A stretch of 64,000 nucleotides of DNA from Rhynchobatus australiae (GCA_034780895.1 JAUZTB010000048.1:26134051-26198050); one strand, 5' to 3'. Shown: positions 12,901 through 26,519, counted from the first letter of the stretch. Notes: generated by a model not told the origin, from the letters alone. Made by a program: numbers and translations.

Positions 12901-15900
12901 AAATAGCCATAGGGAATATTCAGCAACAGAGAACCAAGGCATACCACATCAGTAAATCTTTCTGTGCCTGATACTTGGATTAAGCATTCCTCTAACTGAT
13001 GCAAAGAGTTTCCTCTATCAAATGACCAACACTTCCTGATCAGACAAGAAGAGCTTTTAATAAACATAACACGATTCGTTATAGAAGTGATTCTGATAAT
13101 CTTCATCTTTAAGAACACAAGAAAAAGAAACCACTTTGGATCGATACATTTTATTAAGTGTTGAGAAATTTACAGAATTAACAAACAAAAACACTTAGTC
13201 CCTCCAGTAACCAAATTAGAAGTTATTAAATAATTGGCAAGAGGTCAACAGGAGAAGCTTTTCATTCAAGAATTAAGGATCTGAAATACTCCATTTCAAA
13301 AGACAGGAGAATACATTTAACTTAAAAAGGAAGTCAGGCAGTTACTAGAGGATGTGGAATACTCCATTGGAAAAGACAGGGTATGAAATAAAAATAAAGG
13401 TATGGGACAAAGTGCATTTGTTCTTTGGAAGACTAAGAGTTGACAGAGGAACAAAGGCTCCAAAAGGGCTCCTTCTGTACTACAGTATGGTCTTGCTATT
13501 CCATCACCCACTTTCTTTTTGGTTCCCATAACTCCACTAATTTTTCTAGATTTCCAGTACATATTGAAAGTTAAGGCTAATGGAAAAAGAACGGCACGCA
13601 ACCGTAAAAGATTAAAATGTATGTTTTGATTACATTTTTATTCCCTTAGTAAAATGGCACATATAGTCACTGATTAATTTGTCTAATGATATTGGCCTCC
13701 ATTTCTCATGAGTTTTGCTAGTGTAAATCCTTTGTTCATGGTGCATAGCGTGTCACTCAAGGTTTTATTCATGCTAGTCTTATATCCTTTCTGAAAGGAA
13801 GCTTGTTTTCTTGTTACCACTGCTTAGAGCAGCATTTATTCCCAAATACAAATGCACAGAAAACCTTGCATCTCTCCATGGCAAATATATCTTTTTAAAA
13901 ATCATATGCAAACATATTATAGGTCCGAATTTTTGGATTAAGTATACCTTCAGGTATTGGTTTAACAAATCCAGCATTTAAGTTGCACATTGTGCATTAT
14001 CTTTGATTCTAACAGGATCCCTACACCCATCTGCTCAGCTATGAAGGAATCGAGGATCCATGCTGATTCATCTATGACTGCTGATAAACATACTGTTGGA
14101 ATTTCAACAGCTGCAAAAACAAGTAAAAAGTTGCAGAATGAGAACCCAATGTTACTTTGGTCTCCTTGCTACTGGATATTTTCATCCAAAGAGAATCATG
14201 TGGCAGTGTCGAACAGCATCTCCACAGGAAATGAAAACACGTACAGCATCTTCCATCTATCAGCACCTTCCTCAAGCAGATATATGAATTAATGCCATAT
14301 GGACACCAACTCATGGTAGAATCTTGCTCAGGGCTATTCTAAAGGAGCAATAAAAAAAAGCCAAATTTCAAGAATTTCAGCACTTTGAAACGGTGCAACA
14401 ACGTTGCAGAAAATCTCAGATTGGTCTTATCAGTTCTCAAGAGGTAATCTTCAACCACAAGGGATTGTCAAAGAATGAATGATTCTCTTTGAAGTGCCAA
14501 AGATAAATAAATCACTCCAAAGAAAATTTCAGCTCAATTATAGTGGCCATTTCATTACCTGCAGCAAATCCATGCAATAAATTTCAGTTCCTAAATTTCC
14601 TCAAGTTTAGACCATAAACTGCGAATCACTTTACAAAGGCCTGAAACCCTCTTCACCTTTCACCTCTTTCTTCCCACAAAAATTGGCTGTGCAAGACTCT
14701 TCTCAAATCTCAATATTCATTGTGCGAAAAAGAATGCCTTTATTTTAGGGTAAAAGCTAGGATGTGGTTTAGCAGGTTTTAAATACCTAAACACCCACGA
14801 ATAATACATAGTAAAGAAAGATTGCTAGGCTGTCATGTAATCATGATGATCAAATGGCATTGTGAACCATGAGAACAAATCTCCAGTTTATAGCTGTCAT
14901 TTGAACCACTTGATTTTGTCCACAAGCTTATGGTGAGAAGACTAAAAGGGGCACAGCAATTACTCATCATATAGGATCCATTCCTCCCTACCTCAATTAC
15001 CCTTCATACAAATTATGTTCAAACTATCTTGCTACTTTGTGATTAACTACCAATAGGAGTTTAGAACTTTTAGAATCTGGCTAAAGCATCATTATCAACA
15101 GTCTGCAAAGGAACATTCTTAAATACAATAGAAACTAAATGTTCTGCTTAGTTTATACATTCTTAGTGCAACACTTGGTATAGTATACTACTAGTTACAA
15201 CAACAGTTAAGTTATACTCTTCGATGATAGGCTCACTCACAACTGAATGGCTAATACATTGTATTATATGACATTAGCCAACACTGTCTCAAGCAATAGG
15301 AGAGTTTCTGTGCACAATTACATTTCCCTCACATCAAAGTGCATGTACAACATATAGCTGCAGACTCAATACTTCAAATCTAAGGAAGTATATGTCTGAT
15401 TGCTCATGTATTACACACTCAACCTCCAACTCAAACCACATTTGCATTTAGATAATAGTTTTTACAGTGTTTCTGCAAAATTATAAAGTAAATTGAAATG
15501 CCTCATTTTAATTGGCCCGAGACTAAGAGGTGAAGACAGAATAGATTAATCAGAATATTCTTAAACTGTTTGGAAATATAATTTCATGAAACCATCACCA
15601 TGAAATTATCAGAAGTATAGCACTAGCAATAAACTTAACATTTAGCCAATGTACAGAGGCAAATTATCATAGATTCAGGAAGGAAGGCTTTCACGACATC
15701 TAAAAGAGATGCAGCAACTTTAGATAAATGTACTTATTGGCAAGGAAGTGAAGTACATGGAAAGGCAAAGAATCCGGTTAACTTGAGAAGATTTTCACAT
15801 TCAAGTTACTGTATCTTTTTATACTGTACTGAAATTATGAAGTCCACCATCACCTTCAATGCCCCTGCACTGACTTTGGTTGAACAAGGGGGGCAGGGGA

Positions 15901-15974
15901 GGAGCTGGAGGGAGGGGATTAACACAAAACTCAGTCTACTGGACAAGAGTGATCCCTGCCCTTGAATATCGTTT

Positions 15975-16120
15975 TGAGACTTGGAAGAACTCCAAGATAC
16001 AGGAAGGATACCACCAAACAAAACCTCAGCAAAGTCCTCCAAATTCACTGCAAGGAAAATCAAACCCAATACCAGTGTCATCTTCAAGGCCAACATCCCC
16101 AGCATCAACATCTTGGGAGG
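15975..16120 (+). mobile_element. RTE LINE fragment (upstream piece of an interrupted copy)
   Basis: KVLQIH and NTSVIFKANIPSI match the RTE LQI.W.D..TN.SVL.QANIPSI region. Confidence 0.55.
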
Positions 16121-16129
16121 ATCGATCCC

Positions 16130-16389
16130 TCTTCTCATTACTTCTATCGAGGTGGTGGTACAGGAGCCTTAAGACCCACACTCTACAATTTAGGAACAGC
16201 ATCTTCCCCTCCGCAATCAGATTCCTGAACAGTCCATGAACCAATGAACACTACCTCATTATTCCTTTTTTCTGTTGCACTATTTATTTTGCAATTTATA
16301 GTAATTTTTATGTCTTTGCACTGTACTGCTGCACTAAAGAACAAATTTCACATCAGACAAGTCAGTGATAATAAACCAGATTCTGATTC
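16130..16389 (+). mobile_element. Rex-Babar LINE 3' end
   Basis: C-terminal peptide YRSLKTHT..FRNSIFPSAIRFLN, T-rich 3'UTR, AATAAA and a gattct-repeat tail. Confidence 0.7.
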
Positions 16390-16645
16390 AGGGAAATCCC
16401 TGTCCTATGACCACTCAAATTGCAGGCATTTTCAGGACAGTACTGAGAACTAAGTCCATACCCCTGGAACACACAGAAGTCCTGTGCAAACAGGAGTGCA
16501 CCATTTCACAAACTACACACTCGCCAACCAAATCAAACCCCGTCCATCCCAAATGTGGAAGAGTGGGCAGTTTGAACACTAGCCTCAGAACCCACAAAAC
16601 CAGGGTGAGGAAAAGCCATTCCTAATCCCATGGGAATGCTTAAGT
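16390..16645 (+). mobile_element. RTE LINE 3' end (downstream piece of the interrupted copy)
   Basis: PKCGRV.....SLRTHK terminal zinc-knuckle-like motif and short tail. Confidence 0.55.
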
Positions 16646-17559
16646 AGATAAATGCAAAACTAAACTAATGCTAGGATGAAAGATTAAACATGCAAAATAC
16701 TCACTAGGTCAGGCAGAAACTGGTCAGGACAAATAAACTGATGCTTTCGATATTCATTCAAAGAGAACAAGAGATAAACCAATTTATGGCATTTGTAGAT
16801 AGATTAGATAACAAATAAGCAAAGCATTAACTACCAATCACCAATGGCACGGAAAACCCAAGGAAATGTATCAACATGATATCAGCAGATAATAATTTCT
16901 TCCTAATGTGAAATCTCAGGGCAGAGTGAAAGGCCGATGACATGCTTAACCGGATGATAATCTTATTTTTTTAAACCTTCAGCCATTTAGCTCCAAGAGT
17001 GAAATAGAGACATATTGACAAAACAAATATAATTAATAAACCAAAGACCATTAGTGTCAGTTACATTGAAGAGAAGTGATTGAATGGATAGTCTATACCA
17101 GAGATACAGTAATCAGAACTAGTTGGTTGGAGTGAAGTTCAGGGGGAGAAAAAACAAAGTGGAATAGTGAACACCACAGTTGCCATTGATGAATCATTTT
17201 TCATCTTCAAAGAAATGAATTGAGAGTCTGATTTTAAAAATACTGTACATATGGACTTACTTCAAAGTGGCATGAGAATTTCCTCCCTGTACTTGGAATA
17301 CAGTAAATCAATGGCATTAGTAAATGTGTCAAAATTTGAAAGAGATTTTTGTTTTCTTAACTGGCTGCTATCAGAGCAAACAACAGAAACATTCAGTCAA
17401 ATTAAAAAAGAATGAATTTCTCTCATTGTACTCCTTAATACAGTCTTCCCAAACTTGCACCTGAGAGGTTTGTGAATGTATTTGGGAAAAGCGCCCTTCA
17501 GATCTGCAGTCAAACACAGATGAAAGGAATAAAGCTTGAACTTAAATTGCAGACAATGA

Positions 17560-18040
17560 AAATATCAGAAGACACAAGAGACTGCAGATACTGGAAACCA
17601 AAGCAAATACAAACTGCTGGAAAATACCAGTGGGTCCAGCAGGATCTCTGAAGGAAAAGGGATAAATCGACATTTCAAGTTGAGGCCCTGCATCAGAACT
17701 GAAGGTGTGGAGGGAAGATAGCTGGTACACAGGAGGGGTGAGACAGAGACTTAGAGGTAATAAATGGAAATATAAAAAGAAAATTTAAGTCTGATAGAAC
17801 CAGGAGGGGGAAAGAGATAGAGAAGGAGAACCAAGGGAGAAAAAAAACCATGTAGATAGATATGTGGGTAATGGGCAGACAGAACCAGGTGGGAGAATGC
17901 AGAGTCTAGGTAACCAAAATGAAAAGAGGGGACGAGAAAAGAATGGAAGAGCTGAGCAAAGGGAGAGAGAGACACTGGGTGGACCGGTGGGAACAGGAAA
18001 AGAACATGCGGGAGTGGGTCACCTGATAAAAATACCAGGT
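17560..18040 (-). mobile_element. Penelope-like 3'/pLTR fragment
   Basis: agactgcagatactggaa...ctgctggaaaatacc...cagcagg motif followed by a purine-rich tract (pyrimidine-rich on minus). Confidence 0.55.
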
Positions 18041-18889
18041 TCTTCTTGGTTTGCAAAAGATAAAACAGAAACAGATTCATTTTTCCACCATGACAGCATT
18101 TACATTAGACTGTACATTAGTGAACTGATTCCAAATATTATGATGATTCAGACACATCCTAGAGTAGCATTTTGAGAGGAAATTCAATTTACTGATGTCC
18201 TCTCTTTACAAATTCAGAAATGGAAACTATGACTTTGGGATCCAATCAAAGTGCTGGCCAGCATCATGAACCAACTTTTCCGAAAATGAAAAATTTAACA
18301 TATGTTCCCATCATAAATCAAAGAAATGAAGGCTGCTCTTTCATTTTAGAAAGACTTGATTCAAGTCACACACTACACTAACTATTAATTCCCTAGATGA
18401 ATCAGCAAAACACCCCCAGGCATGAGTTCCACAGTGAGTAAATCGCTCACTAACAAAATGGTTGAGATTCAGGAAGGAAATACATCAGTATATTTTACTG
18501 GAGCTAATAGAGACAAAAACTGAAATTCTTTGCATGGTTTATTTGATTACATTTTGTAGGCATCACAGAGTGCCTAACTCCAACCAACTTCCTGCCAATC
18601 ATGCTGTGACAAAATATGCTACCACTGCTTCCCAGATGTATTGGTCCCATTTCATAATTCTCCTGCTGCCCACTGGTAAGGATTCAAGAGATCACTCCGA
18701 GTGCCCAGTGTTCAATATTGACAGGCTTTTCAGCTTATGGGGTTATCAGAGCAGAGCTTGAGTTTTTTCTCATCCTTTGACCACACATGTAGCAGAATCA
18801 TGGAGTGAGCCTCAGAACTCTATATAAACTTGGAATCAAATCTGGAATCATCAAAAGTGTGGTCCGGCACCTCATTAAAAAATTAACAG

Positions 18890-19835
18890 CCCTTCCAGGT
18901 GAAGCAGGAAGATACTGGTCTCCCTTCCATTCTAGTGTACTACACTAGGTGCTCACAATTTTGTCTACATTGGAGAAACCAAACACACTGAGCTCAGTTT
19001 GCAAGAGGCATACCGAGCTTTCTGTTGCCTGTCACCTTAATTCTCCATCTTAGTCCAACCTGTCTGTGTTCTCCCACACCGTTATAACAAGACTCAACAC
19101 ATACTTGAGGAACAGCACCTCATTTTCTATCTGGGCACCTCTTCCTCACCTGACAGTAGTCTTTGCATATGCTCTTGTTTCAGATGGAAAGGACCAGCAT
19201 GCCACACAACTCCAACATCTGCCCTAGTTTACTATTGTAAACATGCTTCAATTTTCCTCTACAGATTACATCAGTACAGTATTTTAAAACCTTAAAAACA
19301 GAAAGTGCTAGAAACATCCCACAGCTCAGACAGCATCTGTGGAAAGAGAAACATTTTTACATTGTAGATGCTCTGTCAGAACTGGGAAAGGGAGAAAAAG
19401 TCCTTCCAGACTCAATATGGAACTCAACAACTTCAGGTAAATCACTTTGTTGTATCTGAATTGGTTAATTCTGTGCAGGTCATCAATAATAGTGGCTAAG
19501 TTTTTTCTCTCATCACCAGTATGACCCAATGTACTGGATATTTCCTACATCTCTGCATTTTGCAGCTTTTTTTTTGTTTTCTCTAACCACCCTTATTTAT
19601 CCATCACCCAGGTGACACCATCTATAGCTTACTTCCACAGCAACCCTGGCGTTACCCTGTCAGAGATTCTCTCTTTGTCCTATCTATCGCACCCCAAACT
19701 TCTCTGCAACTTAAAACCAAGCTGCTTTCTTTCTTCCCCAGTTCTGATGAAGCATCAACATAAAATGTTAACACTGTTTCTCTTTCCAAAGTTACTACCT
19801 GATCTTTTGGGTATTTCCAGCACTTTGTTTTCACA
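18890..19835 (+). mobile_element. Penelope-like element with GIY-YIG endonuclease remnant and inverted pLTR
   Basis: LVY..RCSQ..YIGETK at about 18930-18985, then VACHLNS, LEEQHLIF.LG and RLNMELNNFR*. Segment 19295-19405 is an inverted copy of 19725-19830. Confidence 0.75.
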
Positions 19836-19884
19836 TCAGTACAATTCACCACTGTACTAATGCAAAATGCAGGAAAAAAATTGA

Positions 19885-19965
19885 AACATAGAACAGTACA
19901 GCACAATACAGGCCCTTCAGCCCACAATGTTGTGCTGACCTTTAAACCTTGCCTAAGACTATCTA
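19885..19965 (-). mobile_element. CR1 LINE 3' terminus
   Basis: catagaacagtacagcacaatacaggcccttcagcccacaatgttgtg is the reverse complement of a typical chondrichthyan CR1 tail. Confidence 0.65.
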
Positions 19966-22154
19966 AAATCCTTACAATGGGACAGATGCTGGAATTCTGC
20001 TGCATGTTGGACCTTTCCATCTATAGCAAGGGCATTCAAAATAATTTCTGTCAGGCAAGGAAGAGGTTTAATATCAATATTAAACAGCACAAGAAATATA
20101 GGGAATTAAAAGTTGTGAAGATTTGCATATTAGTTAAAAACAGATGGTCAGTAATTTCCATTGTTTCAGTGAAAGACTTCAGTGGATAGTTTGAGACTTC
20201 ATGCTACCACAGAGAAAGATCAAGTTCAATATAAACCAAAATTCAGAAAGACCACATTTAAGAGTTTTACAAGGGCTAATTTCAAACATGTGAGGGATCA
20301 GCTGCAGCAAGAGTAGGGATTTGCTCACCAAGCTTCCGTAGAGGATGTGGAATACACTTAGAAGCAAATTGTTGGGCCTGCTAAGGATCAGCAATTACAA
20401 ACTAAACAAGCATGACAGTTTACAAATTAACATTAATTAGATTATCATATTTTTAAAACCCAGAATATCCTTCCTTTGATGACTGCCAATTGTTTTCATT
20501 GGGTTGGTTGAGGCAAAAATATTGGCCAGTCTATCTGTCAAAAGGTTTCTCAAAATTCTGAGCAAGTTGAAATGACTTTGGTACAGCATCTTGCCTCAGA
20601 AATGTCAAATAAAGGAATTGGGGTTGCAGTGAAATGTCATTATAGCTTGCATCTTTAAATACTTGTAATGGGAAAGCTACAAATGACATGCACCATATCT
20701 GTCAGAGGTTTATGATTCCAGCATCAGAATAAAAAGTGTGCAGTGGGATCAATTCAACTAATGTATCAGCCATCCTGGGTAATGAATCGGTTCCTTTTTT
20801 TCCCCCAAAACAGACATTCACGTCAGAAAATACACAAATTATTTGAAAGGGTAACTGTACCTCCACAGTATTGTAATGAATGGCACCAAAAGCACACGAG
20901 ACTGATAAGAAAGAACAATTACTAAAAGTGGAGAGTGGAAATTAGTTCTGCCATTCATAGGAGCAAACACATATTGGACTTTTGAATTTAACACAATTAT
21001 GGGAACTCATTTGTTAGTAGGGGTGTCCATAACCAGGGACAGCCTTTAAATCCAGGAAATAAGGATCTGCAGGTGGTAGAACTGTGCAGTCTCAGTGGCA
21101 TGGATCCAAGCAGTTCACTTGACAAGACAATAGCAATGGCTTTTTCCAATAGCATATAAATGGCAACATTAAATAAATCACTTTTCCTGAAGATTGGGGA
21201 CAAGAGATAGCAGAAGATAAAGTTGTGATCACTACTACAAGTAATATTTCTTGTTTGTTAGCTGCAGCTTCAATACTTGCAGAGAGAAATGCAATGATTT
21301 TAAAACATTAAAATGAGTAAACACCTTGTTTCATAAGGCATTCAATTCAGAAGGAAGTTGAGTTTTAGAAGAGTAGATTGTTTGACCTGGTATTCATTTA
21401 TCTTAGATAATCCACAAGCTTTCGTATTTAGCAGTTCCTAAAATATCTTGCCAATATTTGCTTACCAAGCAGGTCAGTGCTTCGGACAATGTTTGGTCAC
21501 TATTCAAGGGCTACTGAGGAGGTATAAACAGGAAAGATATTGCTAAATCTCTATTACACTCAAGCATCCTTAACCTAAGAAATAGAAGACCAAACAGCGG
21601 TTCAAGCCTGGTTCAGTAAGATCATGACTGAAGTCCTCTTTGATTTCAATGCTACTAAAGTCCAATTACAGGATCACGGTAGCTTTGACAATCAAACTTC
21701 CAGAGCAAGTCATCACTGGAGAAAAAGGGAGAGCAGATGGTGGTCAGAGTAAACCAACAATATAGTTTTCAGGAGAAGCTTAAGAAGCCATAAAATAAGA
21801 ACAAAAAGAAGAAAATTAGGGAGATGCAAGGAATGCAAGATTCTCCAAATAAAAAGGACAACACATCTCCCCAACTTCAACTCATGAACTGGTAGGGCTA
21901 ATCTGCAAATCTACAATGGAAAATATCACATCTGATTACTAAATAATTTTTTCTCTATTAAAATTCTAAATATACCAAAAGGGAAAAATTTCTATTTACA
22001 TTAGTACTGAGGAAATTTATGGAAGATCCCTATGTCATTGTCAAGTTCTCCAGGAGATTTCATTGCGGTTGAAGAGGAAGTTGAATGATGAATGGTTTTT
22101 AAATCTGTTGTAATATTTGAAGATTGCAGTCTTTTTTTTATAAAAGAAAGTGGC

Positions 22155-22162
22155 TGACGTCA
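22155..22162. promoter_or_regulatory. Intronic full CRE palindrome
   Basis: TGACGTCA with the CpG retained. Confidence 0.25.
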
Positions 22163-24959
22163 CTCAAAGTCATTTTGTAGCCATCAAATAAATAAGCAAT
22201 ACATTTGTGTGTCATACAGGAAGTTCAGTTGTTATAGAGTTAAAATGCTTGTGTGCTAGGAGGCAATTAGATGCAACAGCAAAAAGTGACTAATTCACTT
22301 GGGAAAAAGAGTTGAGCCAAACAGATTTACATTGACCACAAGAATTGGGAGGAAAAAAAAATTGTGATAGTAATGTGTTTAAAGCAGTTTGCCACATCTT
22401 TTAACACAATGCTGGTCCCATCTCTGGTACTAAAGCTTCTTCTGATAGATACAAAAAAGTTTCAACGAAGCATGCATGCCAAAAAAATCTGGCAGGCACT
22501 ACAGCTGCTGCTTTCATTTTTGATCAGCATAATACTATTTGTGCTACGTACAGCTGATTGAGTTGGCGATTACATAGCTGGGCACTACTTTAGAGTGAGA
22601 TATTTCTCATNNNNNNNNNNNNNNNNNNNNNNNNNNNNNNNNNNNNNNNNNNNNNNNNNNNNNNNNNNNNNNNNNNNNNNNNNNNNNNNNNNNNNNNNNN
22701 NNNNNNNNNNAGATATTTCTCATTCATTACTAAGCCATTCACTGCCATGCTCATCACTGATTGGATTCTGTCCAACTCTACAATCTTCACCACATCTGTA
22801 CTAATCAATGACAAAAAGATTTCCATTTCCCTTCTGAATTGTTTTATTTCCTTAAGGCCAAAGTACCGTATTTGACAAGTCAGGTGCAAGGATTTCTATG
22901 CAGTTGTGTTCTTTGAAGTCTCTAATTACATACGGAAATAGTTGCTTGCAAGCAACCACGAACTGGGAAATCCCACAATGTTTAGCGACTGCTGGCGCGT
23001 AAAGGTTTAATTGCAGCATTTAGAAATTTACTTTACACACAATGCCAACCTAAATAATGCAATCACCCTGCTCACTTACCCTTTTGTCTTCTAATGCCTC
23101 ATGCAAGTTCCATATGAGGTATCAACCAACATTGTTGCCAAGGTCAAATACAAAGAAAATAAACCAAACTCCAGTGCTCCAAGGAAGAACAAAGCAAGCT
23201 ACTTAATGCACAAGTCCAGCAGCCAGCAGTATTTACTTTGCATTGCACCTGTTTGGCTAATTCTACTAAAATACAAAAAAAACAAATTATATAAAGTGCG
23301 CACTAATAGTTTGTTAAAATATTCAGGTCATTTTTGTGTTTATAATTCTTGATAACACAAATCTGCATCAACAAAACGACAGCTGAGAGTCAGTGTTCTG
23401 AGATATCTGCTTACTGGGATAAGGCTACAATACCCTGCCTTAATGCCTTGTGAAGTCTGTACACATGCAATTATATACATGAGAGCACATGGCTGCATCA
23501 ATACAGAGATACATGTGCACAGACACAACAAATAGTCAATGGTGATCATTGGTGAGAGATCAGAACAGAGCTAGATCTCCGAAATACATGCAATTCTAAA
23601 ATTAAATTTTATAACAATGTATATTTTTGAACTTACTTGTGTAGATTTGACTTCTATTCAAGGGCAGCTACATGCCCAATTTCTGCTCAATGAGAGAACA
23701 AATTAAAAGCACCACCATTCCAGCCAACTGTAACACAGCAATCTTTGAACCAACAATGCAAACGAGCAATTTCATTAATGCCACTGGTGAGTTTAACCAG
23801 AGTTACAAACGGTAGTAATGAAGCTACTATTTATACAGTGACTTCACTGAATCACTAATCCCACTGAGCTGTAGCTATTGGCATTAATAACTTCCTGATA
23901 CCAATTTTGTAGGACCAGGTCCTTTGTCAAGAGACCTGATACAAAATAAAGGTAGGTAGGTAGGTGTGGTGCGGTGTGGTGTATGTGTGGAAACAATGGT
24001 TTTATTGTATTCAGTGACATAATTCAAGGCAATTCACTTGATTGAAATATTCTTCCTATAGTCTCATCTTTCAGCTGTGCTGTTCATTCTTAATAAATAT
24101 TCAACTCTATAGACTAAATATACACACCTGTGTCCCATCTTTATTAAGCCACAATTTAATGAACTAAAAATCTGGGACACCTGAAACAAAAACACAAACA
24201 GCCTCACAAAATTCACTTCATTGATTGCTTGGGTTTATACATAATCAAATTTTAATGATTGCATAGCCTGAAAAGAAACATTTTTAAAAGAAGTACATTA
24301 TCATGGATACATACTTGCCAATTGTCTGCATTTGCACATTGGGAGTCCAGATCAAATGCAGTTTTCAGTTCAAGCAGAGTTAGGGAAAGGTGGGGGAAAG
24401 AACAGGGCTGGAAAATGGAATTGAGGCTGGAAGAGATTATTGATATAGGCTGAAGAGAGGATAATACCATGCCCTTCCTCAACAGCAAGACACAAAACTG
24501 CAGAAAATACAAATTTAGGGGAAGGAATATCAAATACTGGAAATACTCAGCAGACCAGGCAGCGNNNNNNNNNNNNNNNNNNNNNNNNNNNNNNNNNNNN
24601 NNNNNNNNNNNNNNNNNNNNNNNNNNNNNNNNNNNNNNNNNNNNNNNNNNNNNNNNNNNNNNNNCTGGAAATACTCAGCAGACCAGGCAGCGACTAGTCT
24701 CTCTCTTAAAAACATCAGATTTATCTTTATAGCTACAATGAGTGAGAGTTAGGGCATAACATCTGCACAATCCTGCCCGAGTCTCTCCTCAGGGTTGAGA
24801 GACTGAGCTGGCAGCAGGAGTTTTTGAGGCTGTAATTTGTGTGCCCCTTTCTTAACTTAGACATAAGGATATGGGGGGGGGGGTCAATGACATGCAATCC
24901 TATTAGCTTCAATCACCCTTTGATCATTTCTCTATACTCCCACAACATATCCTCTCACA

Positions 24960-25195
24960 AATACCCATCAGCTCCATACTGATTACTTTGCCATAAGCCA
25001 AAAGAGTGATTTACAGTAGCCCATTAAGCACCCTGCATGTCTTTGGAATGTGGGAGCCCCCCAGAGTACCTGGTGGAAGTTCACACAAGTCACAGAGAGA
25101 GAATGTGCAAACTTTGCAAAGACACAACTCGAGTCAGGGACTAACCTGGCTCGCTGGATGGCGAGGCCGCAGCACTAACTGCTGACTAGTGTCGT
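24960..25195 (-). mobile_element. V-SINE/HE1-like tRNA-derived SINE
   Basis: Reverse-complement V-domain: atttacagtagcccattaa...tctttggaatgtggg...cacagagagagaatgtgcaaact. Confidence 0.7.
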
Positions 25196-25515
25196 GACAA
25201 CATTTTAATTTAAAAAGGTCAGACATTTTCTAAGCAAACATGAGTGGGAATTGAAGATGAAGTGAGCTGTGTACACTGAGCACATTGCTTTAAGTGATTA
25301 GAATCCAGAGATGCTGCTTGCGCCTGAATAACATTCACAGAGAACCCAGCCAGAAAAGGGAAAGCTGGGGAGTGGCAGAGGAGAATAATCAGTTAAGAGC
25401 TGTGTTATTTAAAATCCCCCCAAACTAAATTTAATGACTTTTGCATAATTTGCATAACTATCGTTCAGTGATAAATGGAAGATCTGTCAGTCAGTGGAAG
25501 AAATGACCATTCTGC

Positions 25516-25550
25516 TGTGCAGCCACCTAGTGGCTCAGAAAGGAACAGCA
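25516..25550 (-). promoter_or_regulatory. CTCF site with upstream module
   Basis: The minus strand reads TGCTGTTCC-N5-GAG-CCACTAGGTGGC-TGCA. The core matches CCASYAGRKGGC exactly and the upstream module has the known 5-bp spacing. Confidence 0.65.
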
Positions 25551-26203
25551 GCAATCAGCAATGCAGCAAAAGCTGAAATAAAGTGTTAAACTGTGGAATC
25601 CGAGATATAATAATTTTTTAAAACTCAGCATGTCAGGCAGCATTCTTCAGAGAAACTTATTTTTCATATCGAGTTTTCTTACTTCTCCAGTTCTTATGAC
25701 CTGGAACATTAAATCTTTCCATGGATGTTGTCTGACCTACTGAGTGTTTCCAGAATTTTTGTTAATCCAATTTTCAATTTCAGCTACTGATTCTGCTTTT
25801 CTTATTTACACCTTCTCCAGACCCATTTTAAAAAAGAGTTCCATTGTCTTTAGCCATATACCCTTTTGTCATTTAAAATTGCTCCTGCCTATCGTGGATC
25901 TTCCTGTTTATTCCTTCCTCCCCTCCTTTTCTTGCATCTTGAAACTTGTTGAACCTGAAGCAATAACTCTCAAAAACTGCTGCCTAATGTGCTGCATGTT
26001 TAAAGCATATTGGATCTTAACAAAGGTAAGATCTTGTTTCTAACCTAATACTTAACCATTTACTATGGCAGATTCCCAGTTCGTTAAATTGATTCCCTCA
26101 CAGAGGGAGCATGGCACAGTACAGGCTTGCACAACATCCAGCCCGCTAGATAGTTCTTTCCAGACTGCCCCAAAGCCTTCAGCAGCACGACAAAGGCCAG
26201 GTA

Positions 26204-26519
26204 CAGGCCCTTCCCAGCTTAGATATCTGATCTTTGCACAGCCNNNNNNNNNNNNNNNNNNNNNNNNNNNNNNNNNNNNNNNNNNNNNNNNNNNNNNNNN
26301 NNNNNNNNNNNNNNNNNNNNNNNNNNNNNNNNNNNNNNNNNNNGTGCACAGCCTATAAAAACGAACAATCTTTCAGGAGACTGCGGGATATATTTACCAG
26401 CTGCTACGGGGCTGCAGGCATCTTCTGCCATGTGGGAACTTGGACTGTGGCTACATTTCCAACTTGCCAACCATTCGGATTATGAACAGTTCAGAAGAAC
26501 GGAACCTGGGGAGGACCTG
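26204..26519 (-). mobile_element. Tigger-like MITE, same family as 9561-9767
   Basis: TA|CAGGCCCTTCCCAGCTTA ... GGAACCTGGGGAGGACCTG|TA; subterminal similarity to the 9561 copy in opposite orientation; contains a 100-N gap. Confidence 0.6.

Noticed and set aside
12840-13118. 92-aa minus ORF behind an acceptor-like pyrimidine tract
   Set aside because: No recognisable domain and no convincing donor
13990-14292. ENPMLLWSPC resembling a hAT-type transposase motif
   Set aside because: Single short motif; the following conserved residues are absent
18140-18196. C/D box-like words (ATGATGA...CTGA)
   Set aside because: Too short, no terminal stem, and antisense to the inferred host gene
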